This document shows, in pieces, positions 24,576 through 37,249 of a stretch of 64,000 bases of DNA. Each line of letters opens with the position of its first letter. Position 1 is the stretch's first letter. A program made the translations under genes and the position numbers. This DNA is from Raillietiella orientalis (taxonomy: Eukaryota). The notes under the pieces were generated by a model. It worked only from the letters and a program-made list of their open reading frames with translations. It was not told where the DNA came from and made no database searches. The stretch is from positions 1,054,001 through 1,118,000 of the forward strand of contig JAYWIR010000020.1 of NCBI GenBank assembly GCA_036172245.1, given 5' to 3'.

Positions 24576-26267
24576 TTTGTCACCTGGTCACGCCGGGATG
24601 GTCATATTGTAAAAAAAAAATAAATCATCTGGAACGCAGTTCCCAATCGACAATAACAAAGGTTCAAGACGAGGGTCATCTACACGCAAACTAGGATTTC
24701 GGAAAGTCTGGAACGAGAGAAGGACAAGGGGACAACAAAAAAATAAATAACATACATTGGGTGGGATGGGGCAGGGATGTTTGCGTTCGTTCCGTGCACA
24801 CCAGGATCAAAACAAAAAAACACCAGAGAAGTTACGGAGCAAACGGAGATGGGGAATGAGAAAAAAAAATAAAGGGAGGCAGGGAACAAGGGTCACCGGC
24901 GTCCGCCGTTCTTAACCATCCACCAACCGGTGCTGGATGCCGGCAATCTCCTCCTTTACTACTCGTTCCAGGGGTATGTTAATATCTTATTCTGTGAAGA
25001 GCGCCCTCCCTCCGAAGAGTGCAGCGCGTTTTTTTACACTCTGAAGGAGCAGTCCCCGAGGGGGATATCAGCCAGCTACATGGTAAGAGATGGATGGTCC
25101 TCGTTCCCTCCGAGGGGAGGGAGCAGTTTCATTTCCACAACCAGAAGGCAACACCCCGAAGGGAACCGGCTCCTTGATTGCTGGAAGGACCCCGGAGGGT
25201 CAACTTCTAATCCAGGCTAGTCAACGGGGGCATACGGTACCGGGATTCCACCAGTGCCACATCCAAAGCCAACCATCGTCGTCCTGCCGAGAAGATTCGG
25301 GCGCACCCATTTCTCTGGAGTCGACCCACGAGGTGGGGATTCGAACCCGCAACGCTTGGTTCCACCGCTACGAGACCACAGCCTCCATGGCACCGGCGAG
25401 ATGGGAGGTCGCCTGCACCATTGCAGGAACAACACGACCTATTGGCGGCTGGAGGACTTGCGAGCTGGCAGACGCCGCCACGCCTCGCCACATCTCGAAG
25501 GGACTCCTAGAACTTGTGGTCCCTCCCTCCTGTTTGAACACTTCTGTGTTCCCCCTTTCGTGGAAGCAGGACGTCATCATGCTGGTGCATTGGGGTTTTC
25601 ACTCCAACCAGCGGACGAACCGTGTTTCCGGGGGAGTTGTCTCCCCAAACTGTAAACGGTGCGGGGACGTGGAAACGCTCCCGTACCTGCTCTTGGACTG
25701 CGGTGTCCTCCAAGAACTGTGGCGGAGGCTGGCCTCAGCTCTCCTGCACCAGGGGGACACCGCAAGAGACTTGAGGCGCCGCTTCTTCACGTTAGGCGAC
25801 CTGTCCTTAGGTGCTGTCATCGCAACGGTCTGTTGCACCTGCGCCATCGACAGGGCCCACCGAGAGCTGGAGAAGCTGGCGATTCGTCGTCAGGCCACCG
25901 GAATAGCCAGCGAGAACATGACGTCGGCTGCCGAGTGGGCCCATCTTCCACAGGACGTAAGGAGAGAGATCGCCGGCATCCATCGCCGGTTTTGAAAGGA
26001 AGGAACGGACTCACCAAAGACCCCTGTCCCCTGCCCTCCATATTTTTATTTTTATTTTTTATAGTAGTGTATTTGTGGTCCCCTCCCTCCCGTTCCGGAC
26101 TTTCAGCATACCGACCTGCGTGTCGGGGGTCCCACCCCCTTCGTCTCTTGTTTTCCCCTTTGTCCGGGAACTCTGTTCCCGGATAGTTTGTAATAAACGC
26201 CCCGGCGCACCCGGGTGACAAACAGCCTCCATGGCTGCCATCACGGACCCCCTCTGCGTTGGCGACC
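24576..26267 (-). mobile_element. Non-autonomous SINE-like or bipartite element, copy C: structured head and body plus LINE-derived 3' tail, interrupted by the LINE at 25392-26221
   Basis: On the - strand, 26267-26222 plus 25377-24960 are homologous to copies A/B, with a perfect B box GGTTCGAATCC at 25347-25337. 24955-24576 is homologous to the LINE 3' end at 25963-26221 (gagattgccggcatcca...cccggcgtgaccaggtgacaaa). Confidence 0.7.
25392..26221 (+). mobile_element. Young 5'-truncated L1/Tx1-like LINE (ORF2 C-terminal zinc-binding region and 3'UTR) with 14-bp TSD
   Basis: Open frame to the stop at 25995 with PNCKRCGDVETLPYLLLDCGVLQELW (CCHC-type, His replaced by Tyr). Flanked by the perfect direct repeat acagcctccatggc at 25378-25391 and 26222-26235. 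Confidence 0.85.
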
Positions 26268-26279
26268 GTGAAACTTTTG

Positions 26280-26740
26280 AATGATGTGCGAACTTGTGGA
26301 ATCTCATTCTGTGAAACTCGGAACGCTTTCTACACAGCAAGTGGGAGAAAGCAGGCTGGATCTGCCTCAGGAAGGAATTCCAGCCCGGTTAGATCTCAAT
26401 TTCGATCTGCATATTCACCGAGTTCAGACGTCTTACCTCTAGATGCGAGAGACCAGAGCGATGCGAGGTTGACTGGTGATTTTCCGATGATCATGCTTAA
26501 TCCGGAGTGTGAACATCTGTTAGTAACGTGAATTGGGACCACTGCATTCAGTCCCTCCCCCAACGCTACATTTTCAGGTGCAAATTTGATGCATTCCTTT
26601 AGTGTAGAAGGAATTCCAAGAGTGCAAAAACAATGGCGAAGATAGGTGGGAAATATCTTACGTAACATACCTTCGTGATGCTGGCATAGCCTGCTCATCC
26701 GTACCAACTTCCCATAAATGTGAGTCGAAAACACTCATTT
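26280..26740 (-). mobile_element. Old L1-like RT remnant, host of element C; probably continues near 24300-24575
   Basis: YLRHCFCTLGIPSTLKECIK...VTNRCSHSGLS...GKTSELGEYADR follows the order of RT motifs (L..LGIP, GVRQGCPLS, YADD). Confidence 0.55.
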
Positions 26741-29700
26741 TCATATATCCTATCGACTTTTTGTCACTCTCAAAGGCGTGCAACATTGTAAGCACTTCCT
26801 CAAGTCCTTGTACGAATTTGTGGCACTTTAATATTTGTGTATTTTACTACTTGGTATTCGGCTCCTTGTTCTGCTATCCAAACATAACCGGTGAATGCTC
26901 GAGCTCTGGATTCATTTCATATATCAGGTATCTTGGGGGTTAAAAACTTCTAAACATACATATTATATGGGGCACTAGGAATTCAATTTGGCTTTTCGAT
27001 GGAAAGTCACACAATTTATGTCTCTATTAATCATACGGAATAGGGAGCGGAAGCGTAGAAGAAATGGTTTGCAAGCGACATCTTTTCTCTCGAAACATCA
27101 TCTGCGCGAAGACGAAGGAACGGCTTCATTTCTTCGATAATGTTTTGAAAAGCTACTATACATGAATACATCATTAAACCACGAATGCCATGGACTCAAA
27201 ATCCAGAGAACTCTGTGAGGTATTCAGAAAGAAAATTTTGCGCGGAGTACGTTTACCAGAAATATCTCAAACTTCGTTATGTGGGTAATGAAAATGAATT
27301 TGCCAGCCTCCTCACTTGCATCAGCTGGCTGATAATTCATCTTGATTCTGGAATTCATATGTTACTTTCCATTCAGAGTTTCGTACTTTGTTTGGATTGC
27401 ATTAAAGAGGTTCTTCTAATTGAATGTCATTGACGAACGAAAGTTCTTACAGCGCAACTGGTCAGTTCTTTTGAGAGGTCTGCTACAGAAAGTGAAATGA
27501 TATAGAATACAGAACGTGGGAGGACACTTCCATAAATTCCCACTGCCTGATTGCAGCTTTCAGTTCAGAAAATCGGAATCGAGGGAACACCGACAAGGAG
27601 GAAGTTTCGTTACGCTGCGACACTGTGTTTTAGATTGCTGTCTCCATGGTTCCGATCACATTGTGAAGAGACAAAAAATTACTGAATAAGGATTCGTTTG
27701 CAAAACTTATGCAGAGAGAGAACTCAAACTCATCTCGCATCAGAAGTGACTTCCTCATCCCTAACGAGATGTGCATCACTCGCTCTGAGTTATTTGTTCA
27801 CTGAATCGCATACAGATGCTGCAGAAAAGGTCTCACAATAGAGAGAACGATCTAGCGAAGTTTAACAGCTTTGGGTTTTTGTCCTAGCAAAAAAAGAAAA
27901 AGCTGCTGAAAAATAAATGCTCTACTAGCAAAAATCTAATTTTGTTTCAGTTGCTAAGAAGCTTGTTTGGAATCAAAAGATTTTTCGGTGACGAACTTCA
28001 GTTCTAAGATTGATTTTCGCCACATAAATGCCAGGAGGCTTTGATCCACCTGGAAGATGGAACAACAAACAAGTTTTACTCTCACTCCTCCAGCCATTGG
28101 TCCATCTAGACTTTTTCCGACATCAAAATTTGGAATATTTGCTAAAAAAAATACAGAAATAAATAAATAAATAATGATAATAATGATGAGGAAACTATTC
28201 TGATATCGAGCACTGCTGTTGACTGATTAGCTCGAGATGCAATATTTGGCAGGGGCGTTCTTGGGACTCCTATCCAAGGGTTCGATGATTTTGTCGACAC
28301 TATCAGTGCTCCTCCCCACCTAGTGACCCGTGTCAAACACTGAAAAGAAATTTCCTCTCCAGGAAAGAAGCGTGTGAAGGCGGAGCACTGGCTTTGCAAT
28401 CACCTTCAACGGTAAAGTTCACGGGTGTCGAATTTGTTTGTAAAATGCAGTTTAAAAAAATCATCTCAAACATGGAATGCCATTCCCTCCTGAGTGATGA
28501 AAAGACAAATAATGGCGAAAATTGGAAGTCGTTTCCTTTGATATCCTCGATTCTTCTCTCTGGGCGCTTTTCTTCGCTCCTACTTCTTGAAACTCTACCT
28601 CATCAGTGCTAAACGACAGTATTCAGCTAAATTAGAAACGGAATCCAGAAGAAGTTCCGGGACCCATCCACTGCAGATCTGGAAAACACCAGCTAATTTT
28701 TCTTCAGAACTCATGGATGGGCTTTATTGAATCAAAGAGTATTACTTGATGTCGCTTTTCTTGGCTGCAAAGCGAACCAAGGAATAAGATTGAATTTGCT
28801 TCTCTGAAGAGATCATCATTCTGGTTTTCTCGAGAATGAGGATAATATGTATTCATTAGGCTTATGGTACTCCTAAGATACAACTTATCTGCGTCCTGTG
28901 AAAAGGGACCAGATCGTGAAAATTCCATAGGCGAATTTTAGATTTTACCTCTAGCTATCCCTCTTTAGAAGACATTACTTTTCTCACTTGGCCACATCTG
29001 TTCTCCAAGTTTCATGTTATCGATCAGAGGGAGCTGCTCCAGGTGGATTCATTTCACTTCCACTACGACTGGAAATTGCAAGTCATTGACACAAGCCTTC
29101 GATAGCCCCTTCTCGTTCAGAGAGTTCACGGCTGCAATCCCACGTGAAACTGCGTTGACAGTTGCAGAAACCTACGAATCCAGAGTGAAAGTTGAAGAAT
29201 GAATCCTCCAGACATCATGCAAACAAGGGAAACAGACGGTTGACAGGATGCCAATTTCGAGTTTTCCATAATCCCTCTGTTTAATGAGTCTGGTACATGG
29301 AATTCTTGACACTGGTAGACGAATCCAAACTCATCTCTGCTCGTGGTTTGCCCTGCTCCATTTTGCAAGAATTAATCTCATGAGCATTTCTCAGCGATAG
29401 ATAAATCTTACGGTGACAATCTTACGGAAGCTTCCGAAGTGGGATATGTGGGATCCACTGAATTGACTTTCTAACGAAAATAAGAAATAATTGGCATGTA
29501 AAGAATTTTTTCAGGTAACGAAGTCGATTGGAAATTTTTCGAGAACATCTCGAAAAAGCAGTAAGTCTCCGGTTTGCACTTGAGAGGTACCATTCTTTTA
29601 TGTTCCAGTGAATTCTCGTGCGAAGAAGAATCGATATGTAACTTCAAAGATCATTCATTAATGGGAGGGATCTGTGCTCTGAGAATGAAGATGATGATTC

Positions 29701-32559
29701 TTCTTTTGGATGCACTGGAGATCCTAGAAAATCCCAAAATTGCGACTGAGGTCGAGCGAATTGGAAAACCAGCAGCTAGGACTTCAAGAGCTGAGAAATG
29801 AGAAAAATGCGATCTTTTCCTTTTTCCTAGTTTCCTATGCGAGCGTGCTTTCAATCTGCTCCAATCTCTTATTTCTGATTTGAAGAGTTTGCCCGGCAGT
29901 TTATAGCACTGTCCATTTCTCTAGAGTAATGCCCGTCCATAAACCAAGTGAGAGTCCATAAACCAAGGTCTTAGAAGATCTGCTCTTAGTAGTCACCCTC
30001 GAGATTGAATGCAGTAAGAATGTACAGTTTTCAACTGCTTCTCAGAGAGTTTCCATCAGGAGAATCTGATTTGTTTCAGGTCGGGCTTCTGGTTCCCTCT
30101 TTCTCATCTCTAATATTGAAATACGTTCCTCTTCACTATGCCTCTAGGTCGTCAGAGAGATCGCCGTTCGCATGTGATCTTGGGTCCTTTGCTATTTTCA
30201 AGGCCACTTGACATCTTTTGCCATGCTGTTGCAAAGGTGTCGAGAGAATTATGGAGGCTCTTTTGGGAGGTCCTGCTGTCTCTTTGTGGATTATACTTTC
30301 TCCAGGGAGCAGTCATTTAAGAAGTCCAGCAGGCAGGTACAGGAGCGAAACGCCCTGGTCTCTCCCATTAAGCTAATCGCATGTTCTTTGGGAATTCTCT
30401 GAGAAACTCTTTTGCAAAACTCATCAGAAGATTAGAGTCTCTGCTTTCATCCCCACTCTTAGTTACGGCTCCAGGATCTGCCATTCAGAGGAGGAGAATA
30501 TCCATCCACCCACATATCATCATATATACTTCCTTCCTCTTCTCGAACCATTCCTCTCTTGCTAGAGACAACTGATAGTCTCCATGTGGAGGAGTTCTCC
30601 CATGCATGAGAAAAGCATTTCTTCTTCTCTCAGGATTGATTCATGTGGACGCTAGCTTTGTTATTTCTGACTTTTCAGGTACTCAAGACAGCGATCCGCC
30701 TTTAACTCTGTACACTCGTTTTACCTTTTCGGAAAAGCAGCATCTTGTTTCTCGTGCCAGATATCTCGTAAACCATGAGTCTGAGAGTTTCATACTGAAG
30801 AATCACCGACGTGGCAGCTAGAGGCGAGAATAGACTGAATGTCACGCGATTCCTCAGGAGAGAGCGCTCCTCCAAGGTGTGAGGAGGAGCAAGGTGTATG
30901 CAAGGGGAAGAGATGAGGGGGAGGAGGAAGAGAAGAGAAAGCACCTTTCCCGAGAGGAGGCAGCACAACATTTGGTTCGCTCAAGTGTGCTTTTCAAGCA
31001 CCAGACTTTGTTACATTACATAAATTCATCTGACCTTTGCAAACATAACGTACTGAACATGTAGCCAATTAAGGATTAATCATCACATGCTCTTAATTAC
31101 ATCACTAACATTTGGTGGCTTCACATATCTTACTGTATGGTACACAAGACTCTGCATTTGATATGTCACATATGATGATCACATTCTACTCAACCCACTG
31201 CAGGCTGTGCACCCAATTTCTAAAGAATCTCAATCGCTTCACATTCCCATTGTATGGCAGAACTGAAAGAATCATGAAATCATCTCTGAAAGAAATCTTC
31301 TGCAGAAGAGGCAAGCTGGCGGCACCTGTTGTGATAGCTCCCGCAACAGATGCCCACTAGAACGTGAAGTGCATGGAACTGTGCACCAACTGCACTAACT
31401 GTTGAAGCATAGCGATCAGGCAGTGCAATTTTTCCGGTCATGGACAAATTCTGCACTCTAAAAATGTGGTCTTCAACTCAGAGGCTAACCAAATTAAGGA
31501 AATGCATTCTTTATAGAGAGAAAAGGATATCTAGGTCCTCGGAGAAATTTTCTGTTCTTCTAGCTGACGCAGATAATAAGACGAGTGATCATGAAAGATG
31601 GGGGTCTTTTGCTGAAGCCTGGAGCTGTACGCGGAGGATGCCTTGGAGAGGCCTTTGGAAAGAAAAGGTTAATCTCCATTTGCAACAGGAGAGGACAACC
31701 CATGTCTGGAGAGAGATAAATGAGCATGAGAATAATGGGTCTCAAAGTTGGTGCGCACTGTTTCTGCCAGACTTCTATCAAGAAAAGATTTCTTGCTGAG
31801 TCTGCTCAGCTCATTTGTGATTACAGTTTTCTCCGGCAGTGTTAGGAGGTTGTGAAGCATTTCCTGAGAAATCCTTGCAAAATAGTTTCTATGGAGAAGC
31901 ACTGTTCATCCAAAGAGTCATTTCATAATTTCTCAAGCGAAAAAGTATCCAAGAATGCCGAATGAAGACAAATAGTTGTATGCTCCCGCGTGTGTGTGCA
32001 GCAGAGACACGAGCGAGAATGTCCCGAGAATTTGGTGAGAATGGCAGTGAACAGGAGTATCCATTCAGCAAAATGATCCCCTTCAGGAAACTCTTTTTCC
32101 CTTCAGCCTGTGCCCTGTTTACTCGTGGAGATGACTGAATCCTCTTAATGGAAAGCACATTTGGAAACCAGGCAGAATAAGCTACTATGAGTGTGGGATT
32201 AAACAGGCACTGCTATCCTTTTCTATGCAGAGGAGTCTTTTTCTGGATAGCCCAGCTGCTTACTTCAATCCTCCCAGAGCTAGAAACTACGAATTGCTAC
32301 AGAGATGAAGCACCAAGCTTTTCTGAACAAGAGGCGTGTGTGCGGGGGCAAACGATGTACGTTTAAGTGTGTCTTTGGGTGCAATGACAACGTTTCAGGT
32401 ATTTTTCTCAAGGCAACTGCCGTTTCCATGGTATTTTAAGACCTGTTCCAGTCCTCATTTAAAAACGTTCTACTTTTCGGAATCTCCAAAGGTGAAAAGG
32501 CTTTCATACGATTTCCAGAGAACTCGTTGTTGTCTCGATCTTCCCTTTGTATTTTCCAT

Positions 32560-32808
32560 TCTACCCCTAAGCTACCAGGACACTGTCATCTTGCTGATAG
32601 ATGGGAACCACGGTGGGAAGAGTTCTTGAGCACCACTTATTATTTCGTTTGTTGTCTTCTTGGTCTTTGTAGATTTAGACATCTCTGTTTCGACCGGACT
32701 GAACTACGAACGATCTTTACCCTTTCTAGCAGGAAAACCGGTTTCTTGCTCTGATTGTGTATTTGTATTGAATGTAAATAGAAGCCTTGGCACAACTGGG
32801 TGAAAAAG
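32560..32808 (+). mobile_element. LINE 3' end fragment
   Basis: T-rich UTR ending aatagaagccttggcacaactgggtgaaaaa, matching the terminal motif at 26199-26221. Confidence 0.5.
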
Positions 32809-33942
32809 CACTTTTAGGTTCGCATATTCGAGAAGTATTAGCATCGGAAGGCCGGTCGGTCCCATCCCTTCATTCCCTTTTTCTTTATTTATTCGCTCTC
32901 CCGCTTCAATTCTTCAATCCTCTTCCAAGAACTGCTTACTGTTAAAAAAAGTTGACGCCCATAGGTTCGCATCAGACGAAGGCAGACATTCTTGAATTTT
33001 TGCATTTATTTGGTGCAATCAAATGTCCCAGCGTCCGGGATGAGAGAATTAGACTTTCCAGCCCATCCTCTACCCACTTTCAGCCCTACTGTTTTGTTTC
33101 CTTGTGCCAGTTTCTTCCACTCTTCAATTTCAGTCTCCGTCGTTTGCTTGCTTCCTTCTGTTTCTCTACTGGTTTCTGTTCTTTAAGTAACCCAAGCAGC
33201 AACAGGGCTTTGTTTACTTCTTCCGAATGCATGCAATCACCCGATTTTTCCGTTTCCTGGGAAACCGTATGAAATGTTTTCTTTAGATTACGTTAGAAGT
33301 AATTCTTCCAGTGAGGAAAGGATGCTTGAGAGCAGAATTCAAGGCTGATTTGTAGAGGAGCAGAAGTCATGCGGGTTCTGCTTTTCGCAAGAGCACACGT
33401 TATTCCCTTTTAACTTAATGAAGCAGCCATATCTCCGAATTAAAGATTTCAATGTACGCTCGAATCAGAGAGAGTGCCTATGAAAGTTTTAGTTACTCAG
33501 AATGGGAAGGAACGATACCACAGAGGAAATGATGGATTTTCCGCCAGGAGAAACCATCATTATCTCCAAGGAGGTCTTCAGCATATCTGAGACGATTCTC
33601 CTCAAAACGAGAGAAGCATGAGAACTCCAAACACAAACTATAGTGCAAGTAGATGGATGTTTTATCAGTGCCTTAAATTAGTCAGCAAATAGGATGAGGT
33701 TCTACTTGTCTAGCTCTCATCCAGAGAAGTGAAGGGAACGGAGACATTGACAGTAATGTATGTGAAAAATCTTCGCGTGTCACGTACGGAACAAAAGTAA
33801 TTGAAATTCCAAGGAAACAGGTATCATACGAAAGTTTGTTGTATCCACAGATGATTTTCGAAATAGCTCAGCACTTCTTGGAAAGCAGAAGTTTCGAGAA
33901 AAAGGTTAGCGTTGCTACTTAGGGCTCGCAAATGTTCAAAAA

Positions 33943-34443
33943 CTAGCTTTCTGAGACGAACTTGATTTTATCCTCATTCCCGCCGAGAGGAGCAGGCTGC
34001 AGGAATGTCTCAAGTAGACGCAACAGATGCCTCAGCAGAGAGCTGAGCATAGGAGGCGATCCCGTAGCGTAGCTCTTTTGAAACAGTTCAGGTAGAACTT
34101 TGATAGATTGCCTTAGTGTGGCCGAGACTGTTTTCGATGAGCGAAAAGGCGCTGCACGTTCAAAAACAAGGAAGGATGAAGCCATGAGTCCAGTTCCAGA
34201 GCTAAGCAAAATATTGAATCTCTCTGAGGAAGTGAATCGCCGTTGTAATCGGACGATGGCAGTTACGTAAACAAAAAGGGGCGCTCTCCCTTCAAGATGC
34301 ATGGGGTTGTCCATATGCAATTCTAGAAGCCGTCCTTCCGCGGAAGCTCTGGAGGGGCAATATGGCACACTCGCCTGAAGCTGTGGAGCTTCCGCGTGAA
34401 GACTGAGGAAACTGCATAGGACAAATTGCGAGTTGACGAACAA
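33943..34443 (-). mobile_element. L1-type endonuclease remnant
   Basis: SAEGRLLELHM...LFVYVTA...QRRF resembles D.EGRLL......NVYAP....R..F. Confidence 0.4.
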
Positions 34444-35039
34444 AATCTCTCTATAGAGAGCTGCAAGTTTCGATTAAAGGAATGAGCTCTGGTCCCCCCG
34501 ACACAGTTCTTCTTGCCTCGGGTGAGATGGGATTTTTTGTCCTCTGAATAAAAACAGAGATTCTTTCAACATTCTTTAAAAAAGACTGAGTGTAGAGACA
34601 CATTCAAGAAATAAATTAGGAGCCAGACAGAATTATGCACTTTATTCTCTCTGGAAGGAGGCTGCACTGAATGCAAAGCAGGGTGAACGGAACAATATAC
34701 TGGGTGCAGATTCCACATGGTGCTGGTACGGCAACATGAATTATACATCACAAGCTCTCTTTCTGAGGAAATCCGAGGAATCATAAGAAACTCCGTACTG
34801 TGAATCTTCAAGAAGTCTTTAGAAAGTTTTCGAGGAGCAATCTACCGAAGGGAGATCGAAACTGGAGGAAATTTCCTGTAAACGGGGCCAAGTAGCTCTT
34901 CGTGCAATCGGGATGATTTTTTTTTTTTCACAGGAGTTTTGAAAAATGCAGCTTCCATGATTATTAGTCCGATTTATCTGGGGGAAAGGAGGGGGGGAAG
35001 AAGGGAAGAGGGGGGGGGGGAAGGGAGGGATGTTTCATC

Positions 35040-35600
35040 CAAGGTCATTCAAGAATTTAGAAAAGTAACGAAGTTTGGAGTTTGTCCATTGCTTCGCGGT
35101 CAAAGGCGCTTGTTGGATCGATCTCGTGAAGAATGAAGAAGATGCCTTTGGAAACATCAAGCGTGCACTCAAAAGCTGGACTCGTGCAGACCTAATCCTG
35201 GCGTGTTGTAAGCTGCTTCTCGGAAACTTGCAACGCTCCAAGAAAGCAGATAGTGGTGTCTGATGGAAAAGTTCGCCAAAACAAGTCCTTGAGCAAGTCA
35301 AGCATAGATTCGACACGCTCTGTTTTGGATGGAGGATAAGTGCTTCCACTGAAAATCCGTGATCTGCATAAAGAAACTTGGAAAGCAGAGGACTGCGCGG
35401 CACGATGCTGCCGACTGACTAAGAAGAGTAAGAACGAGGGGAACACACACCGGTGTCTCTGACCACGTGCCGTGCTGTTTCGCAGTCACCTCAAAAGAAG
35501 CTCGCAAGAGACGGATCAGCACTTCCCTCTCTTTAGGAGGTCACTTGCGAGCAGCCACAATGAGCTGCAGAATGTGGTACTCAGCGTCCACGGTGGCACG
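35040..35600 (+). mobile_element. L1-type endonuclease remnant
   Basis: Across frames, FGVCP, LLLGNLQ, IRDLH and TGVSDHVP appear in the expected order (SDH motif near 35458). Confidence 0.38.
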
Positions 35601-36499
35601 ATGAGGTCATCTTTCCCATTTTCTTTCAGGACACGATTATGGCTAGCGGTGGCGGTTTGGCACTCATCCGTAGAATTCATCCGCTTTTCCTCGTCTCTGA
35701 TTGCACGCCATCGAAGTTACTCCATGCTCGGTGTGGCTCCCCGCTCTTGTGTCCCGAGTGGCAGTGCGGCCAGCGCTCGCCAGCTCGATCCCTTCCTTCC
35801 TTCTTGGGAGATGACCCTCCAGAAGGCGGGGTTCCTCGAAATCCCGAAAAGTTCCTCGTGAGTCGCGCTGCCCGATGCGCGTACCGAACGACCTGCCTGA
35901 CTCCTGCTTCCAGCCCCGCTGGTCCCGCTGGTCCTGTTGGCCGTGCAGTAAGGGAACTCCAGAGTGTCGGCAGCTCCAAGGTCATTGGCCTTCAAGGTGC
36001 TCCATCTGCCGACCATCTGTGCAGCGACCCGCAGCCACAATATCACCGTGCTCTTTGCAATGCTACGAGAAACGTATGCAAGGGATGCATACGTATATCT
36101 GTACTCTGTACACGGAAATACAACGATACACAGATGCATGCGCATCTGTCTCACTCTCTCTCTCTGTATGTGCATGTGTCCGTGATCACTACGTAACTCG
36201 GTGTATTTCGTGAATTTCATAGCTGCTCAGATGCTCGCAACCTGCGAACCAGGCAGAGAGGACATCACAATAAAGCGTCTCCGCAGGCTGGCGTGCGTCG
36301 ACATCCACGTTTGCGCTTCCCGTCAAGACGGCAACCGCACAGTCAACCATTTGTCCTGCGCTGCCTCGAAATGAAACCGACCGGTCCAGCAGGGTGTCTG
36401 GAGAAGGCAGCGGGCAGGGAGTGCGACCGCAGAGGGGAGCGGCTGGAACGCACCCCAGAAAGAGCGCACCAGTTGTTATCTTGCAGGGGGCTACGCTGA

Positions 36500-37100
36500 G
36501 ATGAGGAAAAGCAACCTGAGAGGGGGGAAAGGAGAAAGAGACTTCTTTCCTTTCCCCGCAACCAGGTGGACGGTTGGGAGAAGTCTGTAAAAGCCTCGGA
36601 AGCTGGAATGGGCGCTCCCTCCTCATGCGCGGAGGCAGAGTTGCTCCACTCATCCACACGCGATCCACACGAAGGAACCACCGGAGAACGCCAGCTGCTT
36701 CCAGAGTGTCCCCTGCTCGAGGATGGCGATTTCTGATGGAGGCTGGAGAAAGGATACAAGAGAACAGTTCTTATCTGCCAAAGAAGAGCAAAACGCAGGT
36801 GTGACATGCACAGGATGGTCTCGCTGTGGTAAGAGACCGATGTCCTTGGGTCTGCCGCTGGAGGTAGCCTCTTCGAATGGCGGTGTCCTCTCGTCTGCGC
36901 AGCTGAACTCTCGTCACGAAACGAACGTGCGGCGGAGGGAAAGGCAGAAGAGTAGCCTTGCCAACGGATTTCAGGTCTCAGGGGCAAACGAGAGGAGTTC
37001 ATGAGAAATCTCAGGTACCACCACTCTGAGTTAGGGTGACGGATGTGACATAAAATGCAAGGAGCATTCCGTCCCGTTCCCAATTTTCAGAGCAGCCAGC
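36500..37100 (-). mobile_element. L1-type endonuclease remnant
   Basis: FSCILSP (like GDFNCILSP) and RVDRVWMS (like RIDRVWVS) appear in the expected order. Confidence 0.4.
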
Positions 37101-37249
37101 AATTTTGACGTCATCCGAGGGTCTGGATATGGTGCAGTGTGCGAAGACTCCATGCCACGCTTCCCGAAACGAGGTAGATCCCTTCGAAGAACACGGGGCA
37201 GCGTCTTAATTTCATAGAACTGGCTGACTTTAGTGCAGATGCCAGCTCT

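Noticed and set aside
25320..25380. tRNA gene (GGTTCGAATCC T-loop on the - strand; also at 17405 and 22430)
   Set aside because: There is no cloverleaf with proper acceptor, D and anticodon arms. It is part of the dispersed repeat head.
25090..25995. 301-aa ORF as a real gene
   Set aside because: It is chimeric. The first ~100 codons are the antisense of element C, fused in frame by chance at the TSD (25391/25392) to the LINE ORF2 C-terminus.
24576..26221. DNA transposon with long terminal inverted repeats
   Set aside because: The inverted arms are two LINE-type 3' ends, and the internal 14-bp TSD shows nested insertion instead.
34980..35030. G-rich tract with G-quadruplex potential (also 2518-2556)
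   Set aside because: Ordinary polypurine low-complexity sequence with no evidence of function.
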